This document shows positions 48,943 through 61,981 of a stretch of 64,000 bases of DNA, piece after piece. The notes beneath the pieces were generated by a model, which searched no databases, was not told where the DNA came from, and saw only the letters and a program-made list of their open reading frames with translations. A program made the position numbers and the translations under genes. The DNA is taken from positions 62,001-126,000 of the forward strand of contig JADIIX010000044.1 in the NCBI GenBank assembly GCA_027604505.1, read 5' to 3'. Source of the stretch: Gonapodya sp. JEL0774. Lineage: Eukaryota. The first letter of the stretch is position 1. Each line of letters starts with the position of its first letter.

Positions 48943-51900
48943 ATGAAGGCCACGGACATCGATCCAGTCCACATAAATCCAAAGCAGCTGCAACGAATCA
49001 GTTGCAGTCGGTTTAGTGCAGACGAGATTTCCCAGCCCTCCACCCTTCTTGTGTACCGGTCTACGTGGCAGCCTGGAGGAAAGAAGTGCACGAATCAAGC
49101 CGTTGCACGAATCAAGCCGTTGTTCTCGATGACTATCATATTCGCGAACTTGCTGGGTCAATACCCGAATCTCCGCAACATTTTCGTGAGCTCCTCGTTT
49201 CAAAGTCAGCGGATTCTCTCATTCACTGACAGTATATTTTGCAGGTTGATATTCCCCCAATTCAGATCCTGCATGAAGGTGGATCCGATGGATTGAAACC
49301 ATCCAGCTCTGAAGAGTCACTTTCCAATTCAAAATCTCTAGTACTCCATTTCGTAACGGTACCGACTGAATTCCTGCTCGTTGATTTCTTCACGAGTCGG
49401 AACTTCAGCAATCTCGAAAATCTGTCCCTACTGGGTTGGGAGACTCACAACAAAGCTTTCTCTCAACTATCTCTGCGCTCCATCCTTGGATCGATTCCAA
49501 AGCTTCACACCTTCATTCTAACCGCCTCGGTACAAGTGCCATACGTAGCCCACAGCATTGCAGAGTCCCCGTCGTTGTGCAATATCTTCATTCGAACAAC
49601 CTTGCCACCCAAAAAGATTGATGTCACTCCGCTGGAGGAAAGGGGATCGGTGGTCATGAAGTGGATTACGCACTCTTCTGGCAACACATACGGCGGGAAC
49701 ACCGGTGACCAAAACTCTACCGCAAGGAGAACAGGTTGGTTGAGATGGACCTCACAACGTGCATCTCGCAAACATCAAGCACTAGGAGGATCCCAGATGT
49801 TGGCTCCTCTGATAGCCTTAAGGAAGGATTCCGAAACTCCTTGGCAACGAATACCACCTCTGTCGACTCTTGCTGCGCAGACCATATCTGAAGAAGTCAG
49901 CTCGGACCCCAGAGTGTACGAAGAATTACTTTTCGATTTAGAAGAAGTATACGTCAGCAGGATCGCTCCGTGGCTCAAATGGAGCGCGCTTAAATACTTT
50001 GAGAACAGCGACCGCACCAGCTGTACCTTCACCAAAAATATTGTGAATCGCGGCATTAAGGATCGAGAGGACACGTGCGTGGCACCTGTTGTACCCCCTG
50101 TAGTGGTGTGCCCGTCGTTTCAATTCAACAACTCGCAGCTACCGCCACTTGTACGCCACAAATCGGGATCATTCTTCCATCGCCGATCCGTACACGTCTC
50201 TCCTGGACCCCTTTGAGCCCTGCAATCACCAGTACTTTGGAATTTCGGACCCGTTGGGGTCTTTCAATGTCTATCCTTCCGCCCCAACGATGTTCACGAC
50301 TCACCTCCACTCTTTCCCTCCGCTCACCGAACCACCTAAAATCCCTCCAGCTTCTTCCATTGTACCCACTCTTGGTATTTTTAGACTACAACTGGACTCC
50401 TTTACAGGGGGCCTGCTTGTCGGTTTGAACTGGGAGAACGTGTTCTTGGCTGGAGGGTGCGTTTCTGCTTGTCTCATGCCGTCGCCCGCGTTCATAAAGG
50501 CTTGGTCGGAGAGAAATGTGCGCAGAGCACTCATGGCCACCAGCGAAGCGTACGGGCTTGGGCCTTTCCGTTTTTCAGATGTGGATTTGTTTCTTTTCGG
50601 ATTGTCAGAGGAAGAAGCAACACGCAAAGTCCGCGAGATCGAGGAATGTCTTCAGAGGAATATCAGTAATCAATTTTCGGTGAGCGCTATCAATTTACAA
50701 AGTGATCCTCGATTATTTTGCCCATGGTCTCCGCCTCAGACACGAGTAGACCCACGAAAATTCCCCTCGAGGGGAAAGCAACTACTGGTCGTTCGAACAC
50801 CATATGCCATCACTTTCGTACCCCCCTTTCCTCTAAAGGTAGCATTTGCCGTTCACCTTGCTGCCAGCGGATTCTTAACATTTTCTTCTTTCGGCCAATG
50901 AAGCGCATACAAGTTGTGCTCCGTCTTTACAGAAGCCCTGCTGAAATTTTGATGGGATTCGATGTCGATAGTTGTACAGCGGTGGGTGATAAGGGATCTA
51001 AAATGGAGCTTTTTGAGGTTGCACAATGAAGAACTCTGACACCACCAAGGGATTCGATGGATCTCGTGTTTGGATGACATCAAGATGCGCTCGATCGCTG
51101 ATTGAGCGATGCAATTACGTTGATACGTGAGCAGAGGGATTCAATGTTCATTGTAGATTGTGCGACTCGAGGCCCCTGTGCTCGTTTCCCAGCTCTCGAC
51201 GCTCTACTTCATACGAATACCGACTTTACAAATACTCCAAGAGGGGATTTGCAGTTAAGGTGGAGGGTGTGGACCACGCTCTTGTGCGACCAGAGCTGTT
51301 ATCGCCGCCAATTGAAGACGGCAAGCTGGTGTGGAACAAAAGAGAGTCGGGTCTCGCTTTGCTGATGCTGTTAGACGGGGCGCAACGCGTGGGTCGTTCA
51401 TGCGCGAGCTGCTTGGTATGGGTCTTAAACCCATTATTGCTTTTCAGGGCTATGATGAGTACGCTCGACGTGGAGGCGTATATCATCCACGGTATGGTCC
51501 TGTCACAAAGGATGATAATGATAATGATTGGGAAGACAGCGAGGATAGCGAAGAAGGCCCTTATTACTCCGATGAAGATGATCCAGTTACCGATTTTATG
51601 GCAGAAATGGTAAGGGCAGTTGGTTTCGGTATGGTCGAAAACTCGTCAACCTTCTCCAGGGTGCAACATAGACACCGTCGCCAGAAAAGAAAAAGAAAGA
51701 AAACATCTCAGACTACGCGAATGTTCGCATACCTTTTGGGCCAAGGTGGAAGCGAGTGAGTCAAAACTTGGAGTCTCGGATCAATTCTTTCCTCTTCTTA
51801 CTCCGTGTTTGTATGGCGCAGCTCAGCAAGTTAGAACGATTTTTAAATTGGTTTGTGTACAGCGCAGCGATGTATTGGCGTCCCATATTGTATCCGGGAG

Positions 51901-52326
51901 AGATGGAAGTAGGAGACTGTCAAACGTGGACTAGAGCGCTGGATCCCACTCGGGACATCACACCGGTTGCGGTGGGAACACTCAGTAAAGTTCTTCGAAC
52001 GACGGTCCGTAAGGTCGTCACTGCTCAGGATGACAAAGGGACTTTTGCCGTTAAGGAATGGACACCCGAGTCAATGTGGTTAAGGGACAACCCTGGTAGG
52101 TAGTTTCGGAACGCGGCATCGATGTTAGGCGAAAGAGCCCTATTAATTCTCTTCTATAGGTACACAAGCTCAACTTACAGGGTCATTCAATCCCATTCAA
52201 GATGACCCAGCGAACTGGTACGAATCGGCATACGTGCGGCTTGCCACAGTTTCCAATCCCAGAGGTGAACTGCCGGCGATGGAAGCAAGGGAGGAGCGCA
52301 AGAAAAGTGACGTTGTGCTATCCTGA
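48943..52326 (+). CDS. Uncharacterised protein with a Pol-beta/CCA-head-like nucleotidyltransferase domain and an LRR-like/BC-box-like N-terminus
   Basis: NWENVFLAGGCVSACL...FSDVDLFLFGL...RTPYAITF...RIQVVLRLYRSPAEILMGFDVD...RRSTSYEYRLYKYSKRGF...SGLALL...DNPGTQAQLTGSFNP. Confidence 0.75.
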
Positions 52327-52724
52327 ATGGTTATCTGCAGCGCCACCGCATCAGCACAAATGGAGACAGTCTCTCACCACCAGCAGACCAAATCGGTTTG
52401 TTGAATGAATCCACGCTAGTGGTTCATCAGAAGACTGCATATGTTCATGGAGTGGATAGCACGCACAAGAGAAGTGTAGACGTCGTTATGTAATTTGCTT
52501 GATTGTACGTAGGGATAAAGAGCCTGTTCAGTAGTAGTGGCTGGGTAGAGGTGGTCAGTTTGGAGGGTATCCCGAGCTCGGTGTCCCAAGCCAGTTTACC
52601 TTTCATTTAGGTATATATGGTATATGGTAGAGAGGAAATATTTTTACAATGCGGGGGGAGTTCATTTGGTGATACGACTTTGTCATTCGAAGTCGTCATC
52701 AGTGTCATCCTGCATGGTCCGATA

Positions 52725-55025
52725 ATGAATTCCTCCAAGCGATGGAGTTTCGGACTTCTTCTCCCTTTCTTAACGCTATGTTTTCTGTGCACCTCGTCTT
52801 GTCGTGCTACAGAACTGTCGTACGACGAGGATCTGCTGTTGCGATCCTTCGCTGATGGGAGGATTCTGGCTCACTTTACGTTCAAGAGAAGACAGAGAGT
52901 GCCTTCGATCAGATCTGAAAGTCTTCGTAAGAGCTCAAATTTAGCAATCTCGTGCATTTGAAATTTGTAACAGCGCGCGGATATCTTGTGACATGTCCCT
53001 CATAATGAAGACCATTTCGACCTTCTGCCGCGTCAAATCGCTGAGATTACACAGGCTTACAAAGTTCCCGAATGGCATTTATCTTTCACTCAGGGCAGAT
53101 GGGATGAAAGCCGTTGGGGTACATCCCCACGACCGGCTCCAACCGGAGCAGAACTATACGCTTGGCTGGACGGGGCTTACGAGTGAGGGGATCGGCTTGT
53201 AGTTCTGCCTCACGAGCACTCTGAGTTTGGTGCTTTATGTCGTCACCGTTTTTAAGTGTCCAAGCCAATTGGGCGGCATTGACTAACTCACTATCGGGGT
53301 TGTTCTGTGGATCACTGAATTTCATCGATGGCACCAATACCGCTATTCCTCTGGACACTTTCAAACCAGAGGCAGTGTATGCGCCATTTTCAGAGGAAGA
53401 AAGTGAGAGCTCAGGTCTTTCGTGTAATGGAGAGTCTTCCAGTTCCTTATGGGACCATTCGAAGACATGCACATCCGCCATGCGACACTACCCCGAGAGA
53501 CAGCTTGTACTGAAAATCTCACACCATGGCTTAAGCTCCTTCCCTGTCAAGCTAAGGCATGTCACCTCGGAAGGCACTGTTGCTAAAATTTTCAGACGAT
53601 TCTTGCCCCTCAGGCCGGAATTGCGCGACTTTTGAACCCCCATCGTGTCTTCGATGGAAATTATCACTCTTTGGGAATTGATGTCCGATGGAAATGTTTG
53701 GTGCGCAGTCAGTGTCGGTTAGACCATGTTCTGGAGAACGGACAAACGACACCGGTGCACATCTCAATCGTTTGTAGGATGATTCCTGCAATGTATCATC
53801 TGTGGAGGTTGATCAGTCATTCACAGTAATTCTGGATCCACTTCGGACTGAAGGACCGCCTGCGCGGAAAGAGCAAAGAGGTTCGAGACCCCTTTGAGAA
53901 CACGTGCTCTTGAATGACCATCAAATCCCTTCCACAGGCTGGACCGTCACTACCCTGTTTGATCGCGATATCCGAACGCCTTGTCTGGTGGCCGATTCCT
54001 CCACTGTGAGGGTAACCCTTCCTGACCTCGCGTCAGCATCAAAACTCCTGTCACAACCTATTGACATTCAAAGCAGTATGGAATCGACTGCAGTGGAGGC
54101 GATTTATGACGCGAAATCGAATTCTGGCGAGCAATTAGGTGCAAGAAACGACGTGCGAGTCCCCAGTGAGTTTACAATCGACATGACCAGTATCTCGAAC
54201 ATCTTATTGATCGACTCCTCTCGGCGACAGTCTCCAACTCTTCGGTTCCTGTCGAAGTTAATCGGTTTCTTACTGGTAAGTTCGTTCCCTTAAGCCATTG
54301 GTCCTGCTGCTGTTGTTCACCTTTCGTGTTTTCCATCAGGCCACGGACAAGAGAAAGGCGGCGTCGCGATCTACTTCGCGAATCGGAATGCGGCTGCGTA
54401 CGCCGCAGTGTCGGCACTAGAATGCTATCCCTGGTGGCTGAGGGTGTATGTGCATACCCTCAAGGCTGTGGTGGATGGAGTGGCAACAGAACGTTCGTGT
54501 AGTGTGAAAGCAGCTCTTGCTTGGAGTATTCGCTCATCGCTGCACCCGTGCCCCCGATGTGCATAAGTTCCCTCAATGCACTATCAGCCTGCCATCGACC
54601 GCGCTCGACCGTCCCTCCTTCATCTCCATCTCCTTGTACCTCCCAACTCCTCCATCCTCATCTCGTTCGAGTTCGACAAAGCACATCTTCGCTACACAGA
54701 GCACCCACCAGACGCATCTAGAGGTTTCGACCTGGGTCCCAGCGTCGCCGCAGTTGCTATGGTTTACCCGTCACAAACGATCATCTTATCGGACCCGGTG
54801 ACCACCTTCAGATCCATTGGCCACTCAACGAGAGTGTATACCTGCCCATTGCTTGTTGCTCTCCCAACCCCTGACTTCTCCATGCCTTATAACGTGGTGA
54901 CAATGTCATGTACACTGCTCGCATTTTTGTTTGGGAGTGTCTTCAATATGCTTACGAGGAGATTTGTGCCTGTAGTTGTGGAAGATATTGGACCGGCAAA
55001 AGGTGAGGACAAGGGCAGGAAGTAG
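52725..55025 (+). CDS. GPI16: GPI transamidase subunit PIG-T/GPI16
   Basis: Signal peptide, [86 protein letters not shown] followed by a TM helix. Confidence 0.96.
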
Positions 55026-55103
55026 AAAAATGGAGTATACGGGTATTGCAATTAGTTATATTCCCCCGTTGATCTCGTACTTTGGACACATGATTAAAAT
55101 ACT

Positions 55104-56262
55104 TCAAGCATCGAGCAAAGTCATGAACGTATTCTTGAGTGTCTCGAATGGTTTATCCTGCGTAAATTGGAGCAGTTTGGACTTTATGCACCACAGGTCT
55201 TCAGCTGCATAATCACCTTGGATATCTTGCTGGCCCTCTTTTTCGTGCTTGCGATATCAGCGGCAAACCTTTTCATGAGCGCCTCTACTTCGTGCCGGTG
55301 TCTGCCCCCTGGAGTAGACTTTCAGCGAATCATCGTTCTCAAAGCACCTAGATTGACCCTCCATCTCACTTACGAATCTCATCCATCTCTTTTTCTTGAG
55401 CCCGTCTCAGTCTTGTGAGTCTCGCGGAGTTGGCTTCTATCTGCTCAAACTGGTTGACTACCTTTGTCTGATAAGCGTCCTGCCCTGCACGGATCTTCTT
55501 GAGAGCGGTGGAGATCTCATCTTGAAGTTCGTCAACGCGGCGTTTGTGGGTCGAAACATTAGCGTCTCTAGTTGATACGAAGGTCGATCATTGAATAAGA
55601 AGTGGTGCATGAAACAGTCAAACGCAATCACCTACATGCCCTGTTCAATAGATCCGAGGCCATCCCCCATCCACGCAACGACTTGATCAAGTTGCTCGTC
55701 GTACTCATCCATTAAAGCTTTTGCCGAGCTTTCTTTCCGTTTCTTGATGACGGCTGTAAGGTGTGTCGATTTCAAGCACAGGAAACTAAGCAACATGACA
55801 CGAATGGAAATACCTTGCAGGTGAGCCAACAGCTTCAACTCCGTTTCACTGTCAATTACTCAGAACAGTGAGTAACAAGAAGCAAGCGACAAGACTTTCG
55901 GAATCCCACTTGGAGGAACCGGCAATGTCGTCATCGTCCTCGTCGTCATCACGTGGTGGATCGCGATCCCCCAGAATCGCCAATTCAATCTTGGACTTGG
56001 ATTTTGTCTTTGATTCAGATTTGCGCTGATCCGATTCGGATGCTGTCAGAGAATGCAACGCAGTTGGTGAGGTGCCAAAAGGAATGTAGGGACAGATGAA
56101 TGACGAACTCCTCGTCAGGATCACAGAATGGCTTAAAATAGTACCAGTCAAGTTTTGATATCTCGGCCTACCTTTTTTCAGCCTTCCCTGCGATTTCAGA
56201 GCGACGAGAGACGGAGGGGCGGCGGAAGCGTTGGAGTGCGTCCTGCGAGCCTTTGGGGGCAT
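55104..56262 (-). CDS. Hypothetical protein with a disordered N-terminus and a C-terminal coiled coil, multi-exon
   Basis: Spliceable exons MPPKARR...; AVIKKRKESSAKALMDEYDEQLDQ; HKRRVDELQDEISTALKKIR; LMKRFAADIASTKKRASKISK|DKPFETLKNTFMTLLDA*. Confidence 0.7.
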
Positions 56263-56675
56263 GAAGAAAGCTAAAGCGGTGAATCAGACGAGCGACAGTG
56301 TCCTTGTTCAACGAAGGTGGGGATTATGGTGAAGTGTTACAATCACGTGACTTCGGTCACAGGCTTGGATTTGTTTTACAAAAGGAAACCAGAGATTTGC
56401 AGAATTATTGCTTGGTTTTTGAATTTTCATATCATTTTTATAACCGACCTAGTCCGAACAAGCAAAGAAGTCCAACGTGTCCGACCCCATGAGCAAATAT
56501 GTGCTTCGATTACGAAAATGCTGTATTACAATCATCAAATGACGCATGTCCATATTGTGTTGTGCTTTACATGGTTTCGTTGTGCAGTAATGACGATCAC
56601 ATGAGGGTGAGGTGCAGATCACATTCAGGAAGGGAACTTTCAGGAACTGAATCTGTTATTTGACTGCGATCCGCC

Positions 56676-57758
56676 ATGAATGCACAAACAACGGACAAGC
56701 CAGCTGATGTTAAGGTATGCTCATTTATCCACGGTTGTTGGCGCTCCGCGACAGTGTCTGTCGCTCTCGAGTGCAGCGCTCATCACCAAATCACTGAATT
56801 GTCCGTCGACTCTCGATCCATCCATCATTCCTCACACAATCTGGATGAATCGCATCATCCCATTCCTCAGATTATTCTGCTGGGTGACTCCGCGGTCGGC
56901 AAATCGAAGCTCATCGAGCGCTTCCTTCACTCCAGCTACGCCCCACAACAACTTTCTACATACGCGCTTAGCCTCTATCGACATACTGTCTCCCATCCCA
57001 TGGACTCTTCTCGAGAGCTTAGTGTTGAGTGGTGGGACACAGCTGGCCAGGAGAAGTTTCAGAATCTCCATGCCTCGTACTACCACCGAGCCCACGCATG
57101 TCTGCTCGTTTTTGACCTCACACGTAAAGTCACGTACAAGAATCTTGAAACGTGGTATACAGAGCTCACTAAATATCGGTCGGACAAAGTACCCGTTGTT
57201 GTGCTAGCAAATAAAGTGGACGGAGAGCCGGACAGAGCCAAAAAATCGTTCGCATTCGTGGACAAGCGCAAAAGGGGCAGAGAAGAGGACCTTCCGCTGT
57301 TTTTTGGTTAGTAGACTGACGTGGGACAGTCGTTTTCCAATCGACTTGATTCAGTCTCCTCTAGGTCTCTGCTGAATGATCGGTTTTCCTTGAACCCCGC
57401 AGTCTCCGCTTCCGACGGCACTAATGTAGTAGCTGCGTTTCAAGAAGCGATCCGTCTTGCCGTTCTGTTCAAGGACTCCAAGTCGTCAGCCCAGAGCCTC
57501 CCACGTCCCTCCACCTCCATGCCGTCAGAACCCGCCTCAACTCAAAATACGAATCCAGCCGCCTTTGTCGATGAGGTTCTTCGCTTTATCGAGGAAGAGG
57601 AACATAGGCCGGATGGGATATTCAGGGCAGGCGGAATGAAAACGGGCGACGGGGGGGATTGGGACAACGACGAAGGAGGCGTGGTGATACCAACGGGAAC
57701 AGGACTAGCAGCATCCATATCAGGCGGGAGAAGGCAAGGTAGTGTGGGGGCGAGTTAG
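56676..57758 (+). CDS. RABL2: Rab-like GTPase RABL2 (ciliary/IFT-associated)
   Basis: VK|IILLGDSAVGKSKLIERFL...PQQLSTYALSLYRH...WDTAGQEKFQNLHASYYHRAHACLLVFDLTRKVTYKNL...ANKVD...VSASDGTNVV; no C-terminal prenylation cysteines. Confidence 0.93.
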
Positions 57759-57977
57759 GATTGTATTAACTGCACTGTGGCATGTTCGTAGATAATCAAT
57801 TCTTTTTGCAATTTTGCTCGAAATATAAAAATAACGAAGAGCATGGGAAGAAACTTGAAAACATAGCGTAACCCTTTACAATATTTTCATCAGGAACAAT
57901 GCGCTCCGCGCCCATTATTCTGTAGCTGTACCCGCACAACCGTCTTACGCTCCTCCTCTGCATTCATCTTTCAATCA

Positions 57978-60698
57978 ATGGCGTTCCTATCGTCTGTCGC
58001 CTCCACCCTCGAAGCAGTATATCAGAATGACTATGAGCTCGATCTTCAATGGGAATGGGGCTGGGATGACACGGCTCAAGATGAGGACTTTGAAGGGACA
58101 CTCGGTCCCGCACCCTCACCAACACCTCTACCAACTTTTTCACGTATTGGTATGCTTTTATCAGGTACGGGTTCCAGGAGAGGATCTATTTTTGGGCGCC
58201 GCGCCGGACAAGAGGGAACTTTTCAGACGGTGGGACGATCAGATCCTAGCACTTTACACCCAGATCATGCATCGCCACCACACTCGCAAGGTCGCCGAAC
58301 TAGTATCTTAACACGTCCCGCACTTTCTAATGTGCCCCCCTTTCAGGTGGAGATGCATGATCAAAACGAAGCAATAGGATCAGAGATCACGGGAAAGGAC
58401 AATGAAAATGCTGGGAAACAAAGCTTACTTCCTCCTGCACCGGCGTTGGTTGTGCCATCGCCTGGCTCACCAAAGCGCTCGCCAGGCCGGCGTGTCAGTA
58501 TCCTCCCACCTACCGCTGCCGATATGCAGCAGATCTCGAGTGCTGGTTTGATTTCCTCAGCATCTTCTCAAATGGTATTCGGAGGACCTTCCAGACTTTC
58601 ACGTTCACAGTCGGACGCTTGGAGGCCCCGTAGCCCTGTGAATTCGGGGCTCTATGGGAGCCGTGGGCCAAGCACCTTCAGAAGGGACCTGACTGAATCC
58701 AGGAGATTGAGTGGATATCCAGCATCACGTCGCACAAGCTTTGCTCCCAGTGTGCGCTCCCACATATCCAAGGGTGGTCGATCAGTTCGCACGGTAGTCC
58801 AACCCCCGGAACCAGTCTCAAATCTCGCGACAGTGCTCGTTGTACTTGGATCTTTCTTCGCCCAGTTCTGCGCCATCGGAGTTCTCAACTGCTATCCAAC
58901 CTTCCAGGCGCGATACGTTGCGGAATTTGCACCAGGGATCACACCGACATATTTCTCATTTGTGGGCGCTGTATGCAACGCTCTTATCGGAATTGTTGCT
59001 CCATTTGTAGGATCCGCGATTGCTGTGTTTGGCCCCCGACTCGTTTGTGCTGCAGGGGGTTTGGTAATGGCGGCTGGTCTCGCTTTGTCTGCTTTGGCGG
59101 TGAACACACGATCCGTTGGAGTCATTATGGTTGGACACGGATTGATGGTGGGCATTGGAGCGGGTATGGTTATTGTTCCTTCAGCGACGGTAGCTCCTCA
59201 ATACGTAAGTCAAGTGGGAGAGTATGCGAGAGTATTTGACGTACACTGACAATGACGAATCACTGCTAGTCCACCAAGTATCGTGGCCTAATTTCGGGCA
59301 TTACATCTGCTGGTGGTGGTGTTGGTGGACTGGTGCTTGTTCCCTTTACCAGTGTGGTCATCGAGGCTCTTGGTCCAAGTTGGGCGCTAGTCGCGCAAGG
59401 CGTCATTGTTGCTGGTGGGTTACACGTTGCACTAGCGCTTTGTTGATTCAATTCGGAACGCATACTTACCGCTCAGAATCCCACAGTTACGGTGCTCGGT
59501 GCCGCAGTCCTGTTGAGACCCAGATATCTTACGACCGTGCGTTTCCCTGACAACGTTTCAAAGTGAGGTTGCTAACATCAACGATTTCCATATCAGGAAC
59601 GAGATCCGATGAATTTGCGAAGTGTTGCTTCAGACCCTACTTTGTGGTTGGTCGCACTGTCGGCATTTTTCATCGGTGCGGGCCAGTACATTCCATCGTT
59701 TTATCTGTACGGTACGTCGAAAGATGACACATAATTTGCTTCGTCGTCGGTTCTGACACTTCTGACACCACAAAGACTATTGCGCTTCCTTTTCTTTTGC
59801 ATCTATCATTGCTTCCCTCACTGTAGGCCTCATTCCGGGAGCCCAGTCAGTCAGCCAAGTTTTCTGGGGTCTTGCGTCACATAGACTCGGATACGCCAAC
59901 TGTGTTCTTTTGAGCGTGATTTTGGCTAGCATGTCTTGTTTTGGCGTCTGGCTTCCATGGGAGGGTTCGGTTGTCGGAATCATTGTGTTCAGTGTGTGCT
60001 GGGGACTGTCAACGGGTGGTGCGCGTCTGGTAGCGCTGCAGAAAGCTATCTATGATACTTATGCACTTCCGCCGCAATTTTTTTCCATAGGCATGCTGGC
60101 GCTCCTCCCCATAGCCCTCCTAGAGTTGTTTTCGTTTGAGTCGTGGGAGCTCCGAGTAGGCATTGTGCTCTTCGGGAACGCATTAGGAACGCTCGCAGGC
60201 CCTCCGATTGGAAGCGTCATTGTCGGCACCACCCGTAAATGGACATGGCTGGAAGTTTTTGTGGGCGTGACATGGTCTGTGGGGGCAGTTACGTTTGGGA
60301 CGGTGGCCTTTTGGGTGTGGAGGGGTCGAACGGCTCTAGCTCGGAAAGCTGCTCAACTCCAAAAGACAACGGTGGAACAAGCACCGGGGTATTCACCAAA
60401 TCAGGACATGCAAGGCATGAGTCCCAGTCCCTTCACGAGCGTCAGTTCAATCGAGTCGTGGAGCAAAGAGCTACCTGAAGACACCAACTTCATTCGCTTG
60501 ATAATTCTGTTCATTGAGAACGAGTTGGAAGCACACAATGAATCCATCCAGAACCTCCTCGCTGATAGAACACAGAGCAAAATGCCACCGTCAGAGCCTA
60601 GGGAGCCTAGCATTATCCATATGGGAAGTGAAATACGAAAGAACGAGCCCTTGAGAACGATCAGCTCCAGCAACTTGGTGAGCGCTCCAAAGAATTGA
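57978..60698 (+). CDS. MFS transporter, monocarboxylate (MCT/MCH)-like, with a long cytosolic N-terminus
   Basis: VVLGSFFAQFCAIG, FGPRLVCAAGG, GLMVGIGAGM, KYRGLISGITSAGGGVGG, GTLAGPPIG; multiple TM segments. Confidence 0.88.
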
Positions 60699-60978
60699 TT
60701 GTGATATGAAACCACTTTCTCACCAACCAAGCATTGGGTATGAAGGACAGGGGAGTTTGAAAGCATAGAGAAAGTTGTGTAAATTGAATGTGTTTATGTG
60801 GAACAACAGAGATCCAAACAAGCAGCTTGCGCTAGGCAGGGGACCAGCCTGCCCCGTGCGCACTTTCAGAGCAAAACTTGCTGACGGTCTGGTTCTCAGA
60901 CTAAGCTTGCGCAACATTTTAGCGTTTAGGAGACACGAGCATACCTTACTTCGGTCACAGACATGTTACTTCCCACAC

Positions 60979-61636
60979 ATGGCATTCTCGACGTCCACGT
61001 CCCGTTTGTTGAATTTTTTGAGCCAGCACACCCACCACCTTCGTCAAATCCGGAGCATGTCGCAGTTCCTGGTGATCGCCAAAGATTTCACAGATGCAGG
61101 GTAGGAGGAGCACCGTTTCCGATCTTCTGCTGGTTTACAAGCCCCCTGCGGGCGACCTTGCCAGAGCAATAGACCGTCGGATGAATGTCCGTGCAGAGCA
61201 TCTCTCTCGAATGGAGAAGGCGAAGGCTGACGGTATCTTCATTGGGTTAGTTGAGGTCTTCGTCTGTCCCAGGTGATGGAGGAACATCATCAACGACGGC
61301 TCTCTCCCTCAGAGGTGGAGCGATTCTATCAGAATCGGAAAAATTTCAAGGGAAGCCCAAAATGATTGGTAAGTAAACAGTGAAACCAACCTGGTGTGAG
61401 TACCTCGCTCACACAAACACCATCCCAATAGGCTCAATGGTGCTTGTAAAACACGAGAATGTGCAGAAAGTTCGGGAGTTTTTCAATGCGGTAAGTTTCG
61501 TATTGCTCTTTTCACCTCCCGCTACCAGCTCAGGCGAAGCCCCCAGGATCCATACGTTGAGGGCCGAGTTTGGGAATCGTTTGACGTACATCCGTTTAGG
61601 CTGGCTGAGACGGGATTTTACATGCAGAATTTGTAG
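60979..61636 (+). CDS. YCII-related domain protein with a probable mitochondrial presequence
   Basis: FLVIAKDFTD..AIDRRMNVRAEHL...GGAIL...KMIGSM...DPYVEGRVWE, across five exons. Confidence 0.88.
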
Positions 61637-61981
61637 AGCATATATTTTGGCCTGTCAGTGCCCCAGTCACCCCGATCACAAACTGGCTCCCTGACACTCT
61701 AAACAACCCGCACGTGCGCGAACGGCTGAAACGGACTCCGTCTGTCATCGATTTCGTCGAGCATCCCCTCGCTATAATTTAGCACAACTGGCTGCTTCAT
61801 ATTCCAACCTTGCAAAGATCTTCCTGCAATCAAGCTCACCGGGAATTCGACTTCAGCTCTCCAACGCACCCTTTCACCTCCAACATTCGAGCTCCGTACT
61901 TGCGATCATCTCACTGCCTTGCTGACACCACTGGCCCTGTGATTGCCCTGGCCCTTGTTGTGAACGTTTGACAGAGAGTTC

